This document shows positions 26,350 through 36,968 of a stretch of DNA of 64,000 nucleotides, in pieces; position 1 is the stretch's first letter; each line of letters starts with the position of its first letter. The position numbers and the translations under genes are program-made. This DNA comes from Leptonemataceae bacterium (GTDB lineage Bacteria; Spirochaetota; Leptospiria; Leptospirales; Leptonemataceae). The notes under the pieces are model-generated. The model did not search any database. It was not told the origin of the DNA and was given only the letters and a program-made list of their open reading frames with translations. Location of the stretch: contig OZ245742.1 in the NCBI GenBank assembly GCA_965227295.1, forward strand, positions 4,544,001-4,608,000. The letters are read 5' to 3'.

Positions 26350-27662
26350 GCCGGCTGAATTCATATTATCTCATGTTACAAAAAAACAGCGCTCCTCTCC
26401 GGAAAACCACCGTCTCAATTTCTAAGCGGGTCGATTTGTGCTCCATAAGCGGCCCAATTGCCGTCTTAACATTATCTTTCTTAGCATTAGCAACCCCGCT
26501 TTTTCCCCAGGAGCCCGAGAAGACTCCGCAAGAACAACCGGCCGATGAAACTGCCCCGGCCGGAGAAGCAACGGAAGGCACCGGCGACACCACGACAGAC
26601 ACCACCGGCGAAGGCACTCCGACACCGACCGCGGACGAACCGCGGGAAAACCTGGGAAACGGATTCGCGAATCGCTTTCGGTTCCTCTTAGGATTCGGTC
26701 GCGCCACGTTTACGCCGGCGATCCTGCGCGAAGCCGGGCCGTCCTGGCAATTGAACTCGTTCTTGATTTCGGCGGTGGACGCGAATACTTCGCCGGTCGT
26801 GCAACTATCCGAGCCGGGTTCTTTACGTTCCTGGCCGCTGTATGCCGAGGGCGAGTGGACTTACAATGACCGCCTCACCGTCGGCCTGCGCTACTACGGG
26901 ATGAACCAGAGCTTCAGCCGCGACGCGCCGGCCACAGTGGATTTTTTCCATCCCGCCGGAGCCACGAAACGCTGGTCCTACTTCGAAGGTGTCCGCCTGG
27001 CAAAGTACAAAGAGCAGCATCATACCCTCGACGTGCAGTACCTCTACCCGGTTTGGCTGCGCGGATTAAAGGCCGGCGTTTACTTTGCCCGGGAATGGTA
27101 CTTCGAACGCGACGAAGTGAGCTTCGGTTCCTACGTCGCCACGAATCTCAGCGACACGGTAGCCCCCGGAACGTTGAACTGGTCTCAGGGCGCCGTTACG
27201 CCGGTGGACGTTCGTGCAAAGGGTCTGGTGTTCGGTCCGGCCCTGCGCTATCAAATCTTCGACTGGCTCGGTGTGAACTACAAGCTCACCCTGGTGAATC
27301 GCCAGGGGACACTCTCCTACTTCGGTGTGCGCACGATCCAGCAGTCCGACGAAGTCAACGGTACCTTCAACGTGTCCGCACTGATTCCGTCGGCGTTTGC
27401 AGAGTTTTCCGAAACCGGCATTCGCCATAATCTCGAAACGGTCTTTCAATTCTATTGTCGCTATTCCGTCCACCTGGGCGTACTTAAAGAGGACATCGAT
27501 CGCTCCTACAGCACGTACTTCAGCGGTACCCTCCCGCTGAATCCGACGATTCCCTTTCAACAAAAGACACCCACCGGCCTTGGAATCGGCGAGACCTCAC
27601 AAAGTTTCAAGAGCGACAAGTTAGAGATCTACATGAAATTCGGCGTGGCCTTCTTCCTGTAG
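26340..27662 (+). CDS. Putative outer-membrane beta-barrel protein (start uncertain)
   Basis: Hydrophobic signal segment, acidic linker, alternating aromatic beta-strands, aromatic C-terminus. Confidence 0.65.
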   Translation: MRLSRLNSYYLMLQKNSAPLRKTTVSISKRVDLCSISGPIAVLTLSFLALATPLFPQEPEKTPQEQPADETAPAGEATEGTGDTTTDTTGEGTPTPTADEPRENLGNGFANRFRFLLGFGRATFTPAILREAGPSWQLNSFLISAVDANTSPVVQLSEPGSLRSWPLYAEGEWTYNDRLTVGLRYYGMNQSFSRDAPATVDFFHPAGATKRWSYFEGVRLAKYKEQHHTLDVQYLYPVWLRGLKAGVYFAREWYFERDEVSFGSYVATNLSDTVAPGTLNWSQGAVTPVDVRAKGLVFGPALRYQIFDWLGVNYKLTLVNRQGTLSYFGVRTIQQSDEVNGTFNVSALIPSAFAEFSETGIRHNLETVFQFYCRYSVHLGVLKEDIDRSYSTYFSGTLPLNPTIPFQQKTPTGLGIGETSQSFKSDKLEIYMKFGVAFFL

Positions 27663-27678
27663 TCCGCGCCGCGCCGGT

Positions 27679-28593
27679 CTAAATCCGCCGTTCCTGCAAC
27701 AACGCATATTGCTTCGGGGAGACGTCGTAACGTTTCTTGAACTCGCGAATGAAGTGCGAGATGTTCTCGTATCCGATCTCGTAGGCCGCCTCGGTGACCG
27801 AGGTGCGGCCGTCTTTGAGCAGTTCCCGGGCCTTTTCGATGCGGCGATCCGTGAGCCAGCGCCGGGGGGTCGACTGAAACTGCCGTTTGAAGTCGCGCAG
27901 GAAGGTCGACGGGCTGCGTCCGGTTAAGTCGGCGTAATCTTCGACACTCAGCGGCTTGTCGTAGTAGCGTTCCATGAAGGATCTGAGATCGCGCTCCCGA
28001 CGTTGACCGCGGTTCGCCAGGCAGAGCAAACGATGCACGAAGTCGTCCGTGGCCTCGGCGGCTTCGACGAGCATGAGCAGTTCCAGAAGTTTGTGTTTCA
28101 GGAGGTTGCGGCGGATCTTTGCGTCCTGCACACCGGCGAAGACGGCCCGTAAGTTCTGCGCAAAAGAAGTCAGCGTGCGGCCCCAGGTGCCGCGGTGAAC
28201 GGCGAGATCGTCCGGCACCGCCTCCGCTGAGCGTCGGCGACTTACGTCCCGGGCCGCGCAGAACTCGTCGAGCAACGCGTCCGAGAAAAAAAAGATGTAG
28301 GAATCAAAGCTGTGCCCCTCTGCGGGCAAGAGATCCGAGATCATGTACAGATCGCGCGGGAGAAAGACGAACCCGTTCTCGCCCACGGTCAGGCTCACGC
28401 CGTCCGGATCGGCGATGCGTTTTTCGCCGCGTAGAATCACGCTCAACGAATGCGCCTGGGCGAAAACCTCGTCATGCACCAACGGCACGTCGAGACTTTT
28501 ATGCAGGATCGCCAGCCCCGCGTCGACGTCCGCGGCAAGGACCCGCACGCCCTTGCGCGGATTCTGCACGAGCGCGCGCGGAACAATCTTCAC
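27679..28593 (-). CDS. AraC-family transcriptional regulator
   Basis: GRSPSTFLRDFK and SVTEAAYEIGYENISHFIREFK HTH motifs. Confidence 0.92.
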   Translation of the reverse strand: MKIVPRALVQNPRKGVRVLAADVDAGLAILHKSLDVPLVHDEVFAQAHSLSVILRGEKRIADPDGVSLTVGENGFVFLPRDLYMISDLLPAEGHSFDSYIFFFSDALLDEFCAARDVSRRRSAEAVPDDLAVHRGTWGRTLTSFAQNLRAVFAGVQDAKIRRNLLKHKLLELLMLVEAAEATDDFVHRLLCLANRGQRRERDLRSFMERYYDKPLSVEDYADLTGRSPSTFLRDFKRQFQSTPRRWLTDRRIEKARELLKDGRTSVTEAAYEIGYENISHFIREFKKRYDVSPKQYALLQERRI

Positions 28594-29495
28594 GACTGCG
28601 CCCCGCCGCCGCTTCCGTTGACCACCCGAAAGACGGCGGAAAAATCACCGTCGCCCAGTCCGGCGTTCAGCGCACGATCGTAGAGGGCGCCCGCGGTTTC
28701 GCCCAGGGCGAGTTGTAAATTCTCTGCCGCCGCGGATTCCACCGCCAGGCGCAGATCCTTGCGCATATGCTTCAATGGAAAGTGCGTCGAGGTATCGCCG
28801 GACTCAAGGCGTTGCCGGACGAGTTGCAGCATGGGCGCGGCCACCGGCGTGGCGAGCAGTACGTTCTGCATGAGTTCATCGTTCAAACCAAGACTGCGTC
28901 CCAGTGCGCACGCCTCGGCGTATGCGGCCACGGCCTGGCCCAGCATGAAGTTCACAACGAGCTTGAGCGATGAGCCCGCCCCGTTTTCCAGGCCGGCATG
29001 CACGGTCTTCTTGCCCATGATCGCTAACATATCTTCAACACGATTTAAGTGATCCTTCATACCGCCCACCAGGAAGACCAGTTCGCCGTTCGCCGCCGGT
29101 TCACGACTGCCCGCGACCGGGGCGTCCAGAAAATCCGCGCCGGCCGCCCGGGCCGCGCCGCCCAGTTCCCGGCTGAACGCCGGGTCCACCGTCGACGCAT
29201 CGACCCACAGCTTGCCCCGGGCTCCGACCAAAAGACCGCCTTCCGGCTCCAGGGCCACCGCGCGCACCGCCGCCGGATCCGAGAGCATGGTGAAAATGAT
29301 GTCCGCCTCGCGGGCGACTTCCGCCGCCGAAACCGCGGACCGCGCGCCCTCGTGGTCTTGCCGGAACTCTTCGACGGCCGCCGTGGAGCGATTGTAAACG
29401 ATGAGTTCGTAACCCGCATCGCAGAGCCGACCGGCCATGCGACGCCCCATGATGCCCAGGCCGATCCAGCCGATTTTTGCTTTGTTTGCTGACAT
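28590..29495 (-). CDS. NAD(P)-dependent oxidoreductase, 3-hydroxyisobutyrate dehydrogenase family
   Basis: IGWIGLGIMG, DAPVAGS, LKLVVN, KDL motifs. Confidence 0.92.
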   Translation of the reverse strand: MSANKAKIGWIGLGIMGRRMAGRLCDAGYELIVYNRSTAAVEEFRQDHEGARSAVSAAEVAREADIIFTMLSDPAAVRAVALEPEGGLLVGARGKLWVDASTVDPAFSRELGGAARAAGADFLDAPVAGSREPAANGELVFLVGGMKDHLNRVEDMLAIMGKKTVHAGLENGAGSSLKLVVNFMLGQAVAAYAEACALGRSLGLNDELMQNVLLATPVAAPMLQLVRQRLESGDTSTHFPLKHMRKDLRLAVESAAAENLQLALGETAGALYDRALNAGLGDGDFSAVFRVVNGSGGGAQS

Positions 29496-29639
29496 AGATT
29501 TATTCCCCCTGGCGCCGCGGCGCCGGTCTCCGATGGTTTCCGCAGTGTAAGCGAAAACCAGGATCCGCGCTAATCGGCTCCAGGCAAAAGTAGTCGAAAT
29601 CCGTCACGGCGAAAGTTTTTTTCGCGGATTGGCGGTGAC

Positions 29640-30122
29640 TCAAGCCCTGGCATGGCGCCGGAGTGCGTCGCCGGTCAGACGATAGATCGTCCACTCCTTC
29701 TGCGGCAGGGCGCCCAGAGACTCGTAGAACCGAATGGAAGGTTCGTTCCAGTTCAGCACCGACCACTCCATGCGACCGCAACCGCGTTCCACGGCCAGGG
29801 CGGCGACGTGCAACAGCAACGCCTTGCCGTAACCACACCCGCGGTGCTCCGGATTCACAAAAAGATCTTCGAGGTATATGCCCGGCCGCCCCAGAAACGT
29901 CGAGAAGGTATGAAAAAACAGGGCGAAACCCACCGGCGTGGATCCGGCTTCCGCAATCACGGCTTCCGCGTAATGTTCTTCGAAAAGATGTTTGCGAACG
30001 AGTGCGGCATCCGCCGTGACCTGGTGTTCCAGGCGCTCGTACTCTGCCAGGGCTCGCACGAATTCTAAGATCAGATCGGTGTCGGTTTCCAGGGCAGGAC
30101 GGATGCGAAGTTCCACGGGCAT
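29640..30122 (-). CDS. GNAT N-acetyltransferase (diamine acetyltransferase-like)
   Basis: GIYLEDLFVNPEHRGCGYGK and WSVLNWNEPSIRFY. Confidence 0.92.
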   Translation of the reverse strand: MPVELRIRPALETDTDLILEFVRALAEYERLEHQVTADAALVRKHLFEEHYAEAVIAEAGSTPVGFALFFHTFSTFLGRPGIYLEDLFVNPEHRGCGYGKALLLHVAALAVERGCGRMEWSVLNWNEPSIRFYESLGALPQKEWTIYRLTGDALRRHARA

Positions 30123-30237
30123 AAGGTTACACAGTTTGCGTAAGCCTTCATGTGTGCAAGCAGGAGTGTGCGTTTCGGCGCAGACACGTCGCGTACGCGA
30201 CACCGGCGAAGCCCGGGACGCAGTTCGCGCCGCATAC

Positions 30238-31005
30238 TCAGAGAGCCGCGGAGACTTCCGGCTGGTCCGGCACGACATCCAGGTCGTCCACGACCAGGCC
30301 GTCCACGCCGATCACACCCATGGCCGCATCGAAGACGGCGTTGCGCTTCCGCACGCTGTCGACATCGCCCGTTAATGTGATTTTAGAATTACTTACGCGC
30401 ACGGTGACTTCGTCGGCGTCCACCAGCTTGCGGCTGCGCAGGGCGGACATGACGTTGTCGGCCAGGGTTTCATCGGCTACGGCCTCGGTGGGCACCACGG
30501 TAAGATGGTCCTCCACGAGGACGACGCCGTAGATATCTGCCGCGAGTTCTTCGGCCAACGTCTTACTCCAGAGCGTATCCGTACTGCCGCGCAGGTCCAC
30601 CACACCGGCGTTCACTTCCACCTGGATGTCCGCGGCCTCGATACCCGGATCCCAGGCGAAAAGCGCGGTAATGCGTTCTTCCAGTTCCGCGTCGGTGGGC
30701 AAACCTGCGACGGGATACTCGACGCGCAGATCGTTCTCGACACCGTATACGCCCGGGGCGAGCCAGGCTTCGTCGGCGGCCGCGTTCAGTTCCAGATAAC
30801 TGCCCACCTCGCCGCTCAGAGTGACATAGCCGTCGTCCACTTCAATTTGGACGTCCTCTCGATCCACGAGGCTCGACCAGTGTAAACGCGCCGCGATGTC
30901 GTTCTTCATGCGTTCTTCCTCCGGCGTCGGGCCGCAGCCGACGGCCAATAACAGCGCCGCGCCGAGGACGGCAAATTGCCGGTAGTTCGTTAATGCGTAT
31001 TTCAT
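30238..31005 (-). CDS. BON-domain lipoprotein (three BON repeats)
   Basis: Lipobox AVGC; VTLSGEV...GVYGVENDL repeats. Confidence 0.88.
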   Translation of the reverse strand: MKYALTNYRQFAVLGAALLLAVGCGPTPEEERMKNDIAARLHWSSLVDREDVQIEVDDGYVTLSGEVGSYLELNAAADEAWLAPGVYGVENDLRVEYPVAGLPTDAELEERITALFAWDPGIEAADIQVEVNAGVVDLRGSTDTLWSKTLAEELAADIYGVVLVEDHLTVVPTEAVADETLADNVMSALRSRKLVDADEVTVRVSNSKITLTGDVDSVRKRNAVFDAAMGVIGVDGLVVDDLDVVPDQPEVSAAL

Positions 31006-31036
31006 ATATACCTCCTTTAAGTTTTCGATGCTTGAG

Positions 31037-31777
31037 TTATTGCGTGCCCGTTGTCTGTCGCAGAAGATTGTTCACGCCGGTTACGCCGAGCGTATTACGG
31101 GCCGCACGAGCCGCCGCGTAGCGGGCTTCCCAATCCGCGACGGTACCGCTTAGTTCCACGATGCCGTCCTGTACGCTGACTGTGACGTATTCGGCACGCA
31201 CCGCGGAGTCTCGCTCGATCGCGGCGATGACATCTTCCGCGATCAACTCGTCCGAACGTTGTTCCGTAGGTACGACGGCTATGCGATTCTCCACGAATAA
31301 CACACCGTCCGTCCGAGCGGCCGTTTCTTCGGCGCGCGTTTTTTCCCAGTAGGTGTCCGTGTTACCGCTCAGCCGCACCGTTCCGTTTTCCACGGTGACG
31401 TCGATGTCGCTCGCGTCCACGCTGGCGGTCCAGTCCAGGCTGCGTTCCACGGCATTGCGAATCTCGGTGTCTTCCAGCAGACCGGCTTCTCCGTAATAAG
31501 AGACACGTAAATCGTTGATGACGTAGGCCGTGCCGGGGGTCTGCCAGGCAATTCGGTCCGCCGCCTGCAGGGCGTAGTAGTCCGGAACGGTTCCCGCTAG
31601 CTTCACTTGACCGTCAGTTACTTTCACACTGACGTCGTCGGCGTCGATCCGAAAGTCGTTGCGGTATTGTTCCTTAATGTCTTCGCGCACGGAGTCGTCG
31701 ATCGGCAGGGCTACCAGGGGCAGAGCCAGACCGAAAGCGATCACTCCGATACAGAATCGATTCAATAGTTTTGTCAT
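31037..31777 (-). CDS. BON-domain periplasmic protein (three BON repeats)
   Basis: Signal peptide and BON repeats; paralogue of the neighbouring gene. Confidence 0.88.
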   Translation of the reverse strand: MTKLLNRFCIGVIAFGLALPLVALPIDDSVREDIKEQYRNDFRIDADDVSVKVTDGQVKLAGTVPDYYALQAADRIAWQTPGTAYVINDLRVSYYGEAGLLEDTEIRNAVERSLDWTASVDASDIDVTVENGTVRLSGNTDTYWEKTRAEETAARTDGVLFVENRIAVVPTEQRSDELIAEDVIAAIERDSAVRAEYVTVSVQDGIVELSGTVADWEARYAAARAARNTLGVTGVNNLLRQTTGTQ

Positions 31778-31927
31778 GAATGATCTTCTCCTTAATATTT
31801 ATAGTTTCAGTTGTACTGCTGTCGTACTGCCGCGTAAAACACGGCCACCTGCGAAGTACTAAAACCCGATGGCATCGACCAGGGAGCGGCCTGGACGGCG
31901 GCCCGGATCGTTCGTATGCTGTCCCAA

Positions 31928-33271
31928 ATGGGCGATTCCGATTCCTCCAACGAACAGTACGACGCTTTCCACCGTGACGAAGACCGGCGACGCGTCGTCA
32001 TCATCGGCGGCGGCTTCGCCGGACTCGCGACCGCCCGGGGCTTGAAGAATGCGGACGTGCACGTAACCCTCATCGATCGTAACAACTATCATTTGTTTCA
32101 ACCGCTGCTGTACCAGGTGGCCTCCGCGGCCCTTGCCCCCGCGAACATCGCCGAACCGATTCGCCGCATCTTAAAAAATCAAACAAACACTGATGTGATA
32201 TTAGGAGAAGCCGCGGCTATCGATACGAACAATCGGCACGTCCGTCTCAAAGACGACGATCGTTCCGTGCCGTACGATCTTTTGGTCGTCGCCACCGGCA
32301 GCCGACACACGTATTTCGGGAACGACGATTGGGAAGAACACGCCCCCGGCTTAAAGACCCTCGACGACGCATTGCGCATTCGCGAAAAGATTCTGCTGGC
32401 CTTCGAACGCGCGGAGCAACTGCCCGAGGACCGCGAAGCCGAACGCACGGCACAACTTACGTTCGTCGTCATCGGCGGCGGCCCCACGGGAGTCGAGATG
32501 GCCGGAGCGATCGCCGAAATTGCGAGTCGCACGATCCGCCGGGATTTTCGGAACATCGATCCGGCGTCGGCCCGCGTGATACTGGCCGAGGGCATGGATC
32601 GCATCCTGCCCCCGTATCCGGAAGAGTTATCGCAAAAAGCCCGGCGACAGTTGGAGCACCTGGGCGTGGAAGTTCGCACCGGCGCCCTGGCCGAAGAGGT
32701 CAATGCCGGCGGGGTCCGCGTCGGCAAAGACTGGATCGAAAGCCGCACGGTCCTGTGGGCCGCGGGTAACGCCTGCCGGAGCGTCGTCGACAGCCTGGGC
32801 GCCGAACGCGGGAGCGGCGGACGTATTGTCGTCGGCCCGGACCTGGCGCTGCGCGATCACCCCGAGATTTTCGTAATCGGCGACACCGCCGCGGCGGTCC
32901 ACCCGGGCGCCAGCGACCCCGGTGCGCCGGAGTTGTTGCCGGCCCTCGCCCCGGTGGCGATCCAGCAGGGTCAATACGTAGCACGTTTAATCAAAAAAAG
33001 ATACAACCCGCATGAACGACCGCCCTTTCGGTACCGGGATCGCGGCAGCATGGCCACCATCGGCCGGGCCCGCGCGGTGGCGCAAATCTACGGCCGTAAC
33101 TTTTCGGGCTGGTTCGCGTGGTTGCTCTGGTCGGTCGTGCACGTCTTCTTTTTGATCGGCTTTCGCAATCGGCTCAGCGTGATGCTCGAATGGATCTGGC
33201 ATTACTGCACGTTTCAGCGTTCGTCACGGCTCATCACCTGGCGCGACCGCGGGGAGGACCGAAACGAGTAG
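31928..33271 (+). CDS. ndh: Type II NADH:quinone oxidoreductase
   Basis: GGGFAG, FQPLLYQVA, GGGPTGVEMAG, DRGSMATIG. Confidence 0.92.
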   Translation: MGDSDSSNEQYDAFHRDEDRRRVVIIGGGFAGLATARGLKNADVHVTLIDRNNYHLFQPLLYQVASAALAPANIAEPIRRILKNQTNTDVILGEAAAIDTNNRHVRLKDDDRSVPYDLLVVATGSRHTYFGNDDWEEHAPGLKTLDDALRIREKILLAFERAEQLPEDREAERTAQLTFVVIGGGPTGVEMAGAIAEIASRTIRRDFRNIDPASARVILAEGMDRILPPYPEELSQKARRQLEHLGVEVRTGALAEEVNAGGVRVGKDWIESRTVLWAAGNACRSVVDSLGAERGSGGRIVVGPDLALRDHPEIFVIGDTAAAVHPGASDPGAPELLPALAPVAIQQGQYVARLIKKRYNPHERPPFRYRDRGSMATIGRARAVAQIYGRNFSGWFAWLLWSVVHVFFLIGFRNRLSVMLEWIWHYCTFQRSSRLITWRDRGEDRNE

Positions 33272-33303
33272 ACAGGATTCGCGCTGCAAAGATTCATACA
33301 ACT

Positions 33304-34515
33304 ATGCCCGAATTCGCGACGTCGTCTCGCCTGCGCACAATCATCATTATCGCCGTCCTCCTGATCATGAGTTCGTTCACGGTGATGGCCGGTGCCACCA
33401 TCGCCCCGGCCCTGCCCGCCATGCGCCTGGCGTTCACGGATCAAGCCTACGCCGACGAGTTGATTCAGTTCGTACTCACGGCGCCGGCCCTCTTCATCGC
33501 CCTGGGGGCCGGCTTTGCGGGCTTGATCGTCGACCGCTTCGGCCGCAAACCTCCACTCATCGCAGGTTTAGTCCTGTACGGCCTGGCCGGAACCTCGGGC
33601 CTCTTCCTCGACGATATCTACGCCATCCTGGTCGGCCGGGCGTTGCTGGGCGTCGCGGTGGCGGCGATCATGACGGTCTGCACGACGCTGATCGCGGACT
33701 ACTTCGAGGGTGATCAGCGCCAGCGCATTATGGGTTTTCAGGGCGCGTTCATGGCCTTCGGCGGCGTCTTTTTTCTTACGGGCGGCGGCGCCCTGGCCGA
33801 CATCAGCTGGCGCGCGCCGTTCATCATTTACGCCGCGGCCTTCCTGGTGTTGATTCCGGCCGTGATCTTCATCTACGAACCGCCGCAGCACGAACGCAGC
33901 GAGGACGATCCCGGGGAACCGATCATTGCACATCTGAATCCGGAGCAGACCAGCCAGGTACGATTGCTCTATGCCACGGCCCTCGTCTCGATGATTTGTT
34001 TTTATCTCGTGCCGGTGCAGTTTCCGTTTTACATCAAAGCCCTGGGCGTAACGGCCAACGTCTACACCGGCATCGCCATGGCGTCCATGACCATGACGAG
34101 CGCCATCGTTGCCAGTCAGTACCAGAAGATCAGAGCGCGGCTCAGCTTCCGCGCAATCTTCGCGCTTCTGTTCGCCGCGCAGGGCGCGGGTTTCGTGCTG
34201 CTGTACTTTGCCGAGACCTACGCCGTCGCCGTCGCGGCGTTGGTCCTGGCCGGGGCGGGGTTGGGTCTGCTTATGCCGAACCTGAGCGTGTATCTCGTGT
34301 CGTTTATGCCGGAGTCCGTGCGCGGACGCGCCGTGGGCGGTCTCACCGCGTCGGTCTTTGCCGGACAGTTTCTCTCACCGTTTCCGGCGCAATTGCTGCG
34401 GGGCACCACCGGCCTGGGCGGCGTCTTCGCGTTGGCCGGTGGTGTATTGTTCTTGATGGCGGCGTTGTATGCCGGCGGAACGGGCACGCCGAAAGCGCCG
34501 GTGCCTCCGGCTTAG
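33304..34515 (+). CDS. MFS transporter
   Basis: Multiple TM helices; motif A GLIVDRFGRK. Confidence 0.9.
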   Translation: MPEFATSSRLRTIIIIAVLLIMSSFTVMAGATIAPALPAMRLAFTDQAYADELIQFVLTAPALFIALGAGFAGLIVDRFGRKPPLIAGLVLYGLAGTSGLFLDDIYAILVGRALLGVAVAAIMTVCTTLIADYFEGDQRQRIMGFQGAFMAFGGVFFLTGGGALADISWRAPFIIYAAAFLVLIPAVIFIYEPPQHERSEDDPGEPIIAHLNPEQTSQVRLLYATALVSMICFYLVPVQFPFYIKALGVTANVYTGIAMASMTMTSAIVASQYQKIRARLSFRAIFALLFAAQGAGFVLLYFAETYAVAVAALVLAGAGLGLLMPNLSVYLVSFMPESVRGRAVGGLTASVFAGQFLSPFPAQLLRGTTGLGGVFALAGGVLFLMAALYAGGTGTPKAPVPPA

Positions 34516-34537
34516 TGTTGGCCGGTCCGCCGCCGGT

Positions 34538-35545
34538 TTAATGTACACCCATAATATCTTTGCGAATCTTCTCGATCGCGGCCAGGCGTTCCTGCGGATC
34601 CATGTCGGGATGTTCGGCGATGAACGCCTGCTCTTTCGCAAGAAACTCTTCGAGCTTTTCGTTCTGTTCGGCAAACTCCGCCGCGGCGGCGGCTTCGGAT
34701 TTGCGCATGGACTCCGCGCCGTCTTCGCCGAAGTGTTTGACGCGCAGGCTGTGGACCATACGCGCATGTTCTTCCGGTGAGGCCTGGCTCAGCTCCGGAC
34801 CGCGGACGATCATTTCGACGGCGTAGCCCGCGCCGGCCGGTTCACGGTCCAGCAGCGTCTCGTAGTACGGGCCGAAGATGCGGCCGCGCTGTTCTTCGAA
34901 GGCGGCCAGGCGTTGTTGCACGGAGCCGCGGGCGAACACACCCTCCCCGGCGCTCGCCGCACGAATGAGATCCTGGTAATCGAAGTTCGCCTCTTCGAGA
35001 CCGAAGATGAGCTGCGCATCTTCTTCGCCGAAGATGTTTCGACGTTGCTCGCGCACGGCGGCGTAGCGATCACCGAGACTCATGCCCGGTTCGAGCCGTA
35101 GTTCACCGTTCGCTCGTTTGCTCTCGTATTGTACATAGTCGTCGAAGAGCTGGACGAGTTTCCCGCCGTCCGGCTCCGGTAGTTGGTTGAGAAAATCCAG
35201 GACGAGGCCGCGGCACTGTTCCGGAGTGTACTCCTCGCCGAAATGTCGCGGGCATTGAGAGCGCAGCTGGCGGAGCTCCGCGAGCAGGTTGATGCGACCG
35301 GAGCGCACGTCTTCGAGTATGCCGGCCTCGCTGATGCGGTCGGGATCGATGACGTCCGTGGGATACAGACCGCCCTGGCGCTGGTGTTCGCCGGCCAGGT
35401 AACCCTCCGGGTCCGGGTCGGTGCCGCTTAAATCGATGGTGCCGTTCGGATCGGCGTCGCTTAACATCCACAGAATAGAAGTCAGCACGAGGGCGCTGAC
35501 GGCGAAGGCGGAGAAGATTAAGGTCCGTGATGATTTCGTTTTCAT
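34538..35545 (-). CDS. Lipase-foldase (Lif)-like membrane-anchored chaperone
   Basis: N-terminal TM helix; LFDDYVQYE, RRNIFGEEDAQLIFG and LRVKHFGED helical motifs. Confidence 0.6.
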   Translation of the reverse strand: MKTKSSRTLIFSAFAVSALVLTSILWMLSDADPNGTIDLSGTDPDPEGYLAGEHQRQGGLYPTDVIDPDRISEAGILEDVRSGRINLLAELRQLRSQCPRHFGEEYTPEQCRGLVLDFLNQLPEPDGGKLVQLFDDYVQYESKRANGELRLEPGMSLGDRYAAVREQRRNIFGEEDAQLIFGLEEANFDYQDLIRAASAGEGVFARGSVQQRLAAFEEQRGRIFGPYYETLLDREPAGAGYAVEMIVRGPELSQASPEEHARMVHSLRVKHFGEDGAESMRKSEAAAAAEFAEQNEKLEEFLAKEQAFIAEHPDMDPQERLAAIEKIRKDIMGVH

Positions 35546-35648
35546 AAAGCCGTCCTCCAAAAAGAGGCCGCCGGCGGTATGGAACCGGCGGCCGTGCAAG
35601 CGGTACCGCCGGCAAGCATAGCGGCGGTACCAATGGGTTCAGATGATC

Positions 35649-36968
35649 TTACTGCTGCCAGGTACCTTCCTGGTTGCGATCGTGATAGCGAATCCAGGCG
35701 TCGCTCACGCCCTTCGCCTGTTTGGCTTCGAGCAGCTTCTGGTTATCGTAGCCGTCGATGGGGACCGCGAAGGAGAACGCCCCGCCGGTCTCGGATGAGC
35801 AGTAATGATGGCCCATGTGCCACTGTCCCGACGCGTTCGTAACGTACCATTCGCCGGCCGCGTTCTTGCACGCGAAACGATAGTTGACTTCACAGCGATT
35901 GTCGTTCCAGCGTCCGTTGCCCCACTGGTGCGCGCAGTCTTCCCGACCGCCCCAGTCGTTCGGTTCGCTCCGATCCCAGGACCATACCGCGGCCGCCAGT
36001 CGACCGTCCGTCGGGTTGATCTTATCGTAACCGGGCAGGTTGACGCCGCACTTCATCATCTCGGGTACGTTCTGGGTCGTGGTCTTGCCGGAGCCGCCGC
36101 CGAACCAGTCGGTCAGATTCGTGCGATCTTCATAGTAGCGAATGAGCTTCGTGTCGTACTCGCTGCGGGAACGCGTGCAGTTCGGATAGTTCTTAAACGA
36201 AGCGACGTTCGACTCGGGTACGTTGCGGTCTTTGCGGAAGACCCAGCGGCCCCATTCGCCGCCCTTGCATCCGCCGGTCCACAGGATGATGTTCTTGCCG
36301 GCGTTCAGCACGGTGCGTTTTGAAATCGTCGTCGGCACGTCCATGCAGGTGGACGAGGCATTGATCATGGCCGGACGATAAATTAAATCGCCGACGTAGC
36401 TCTTGATCACGTTCAGCGCGTCGTTCTGCCGTCCGTCGAGATGATCTTCGATATAGAGAATCACCACCTCGCCGCGGTTGCCGCGAATGAACGAGTTCAA
36501 TTCGGACATGCCTTCTTTCAGGTGACGATCATAGCTGCTGCAGCCCAGGTGATTGGACTGGCCGTGGCAGAGCAGCGGGCGCTTGCCCCATTCCCAGGGC
36601 CAGCCGTCCATGCTGAAGTACCAGTGCACGTCGAACTCGATGGCCCGAATGTCCATGCGCAGTTGGTCTTTGATCGTATGCTCGTGATTCGGATCGAGAT
36701 AGCGAACGGCCGTCCGGTACTCGGAGCTGTTGTAGGTATTGTGGGAGTGCAGAAAGGTCGTCCGCGCGAGCGGCGAGTCGATCTGCAGCGCGCTCTGCAG
36801 GCCCAGGGCCTTGTGCTCCCAGGAGCGCTGGTATTTGTCCACCGGGCTCTCCGGCGGCGGAGACGGCGACTTGAAGGCCACCGTGCTGGTCGCAAACAGA
36901 GCGATCAGCGCTGCGGCAATCGGAAGGGCGTGTTTCCGGCGCCGCTCTGAATTAGAAAGATGTTGCAT
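35649..36968 (-). CDS. Secreted PI-PLC-like phosphodiesterase with a C-terminal C-type lectin-like domain
   Basis: HSHNTYN, QLRMDIRAIEFDVH, LLCHG; EPND...EDC...WND...C. Confidence 0.8.
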   Translation of the reverse strand: MQHLSNSERRRKHALPIAAALIALFATSTVAFKSPSPPPESPVDKYQRSWEHKALGLQSALQIDSPLARTTFLHSHNTYNSSEYRTAVRYLDPNHEHTIKDQLRMDIRAIEFDVHWYFSMDGWPWEWGKRPLLCHGQSNHLGCSSYDRHLKEGMSELNSFIRGNRGEVVILYIEDHLDGRQNDALNVIKSYVGDLIYRPAMINASSTCMDVPTTISKRTVLNAGKNIILWTGGCKGGEWGRWVFRKDRNVPESNVASFKNYPNCTRSRSEYDTKLIRYYEDRTNLTDWFGGGSGKTTTQNVPEMMKCGVNLPGYDKINPTDGRLAAAVWSWDRSEPNDWGGREDCAHQWGNGRWNDNRCEVNYRFACKNAAGEWYVTNASGQWHMGHHYCSSETGGAFSFAVPIDGYDNQKLLEAKQAKGVSDAWIRYHDRNQEGTWQQ

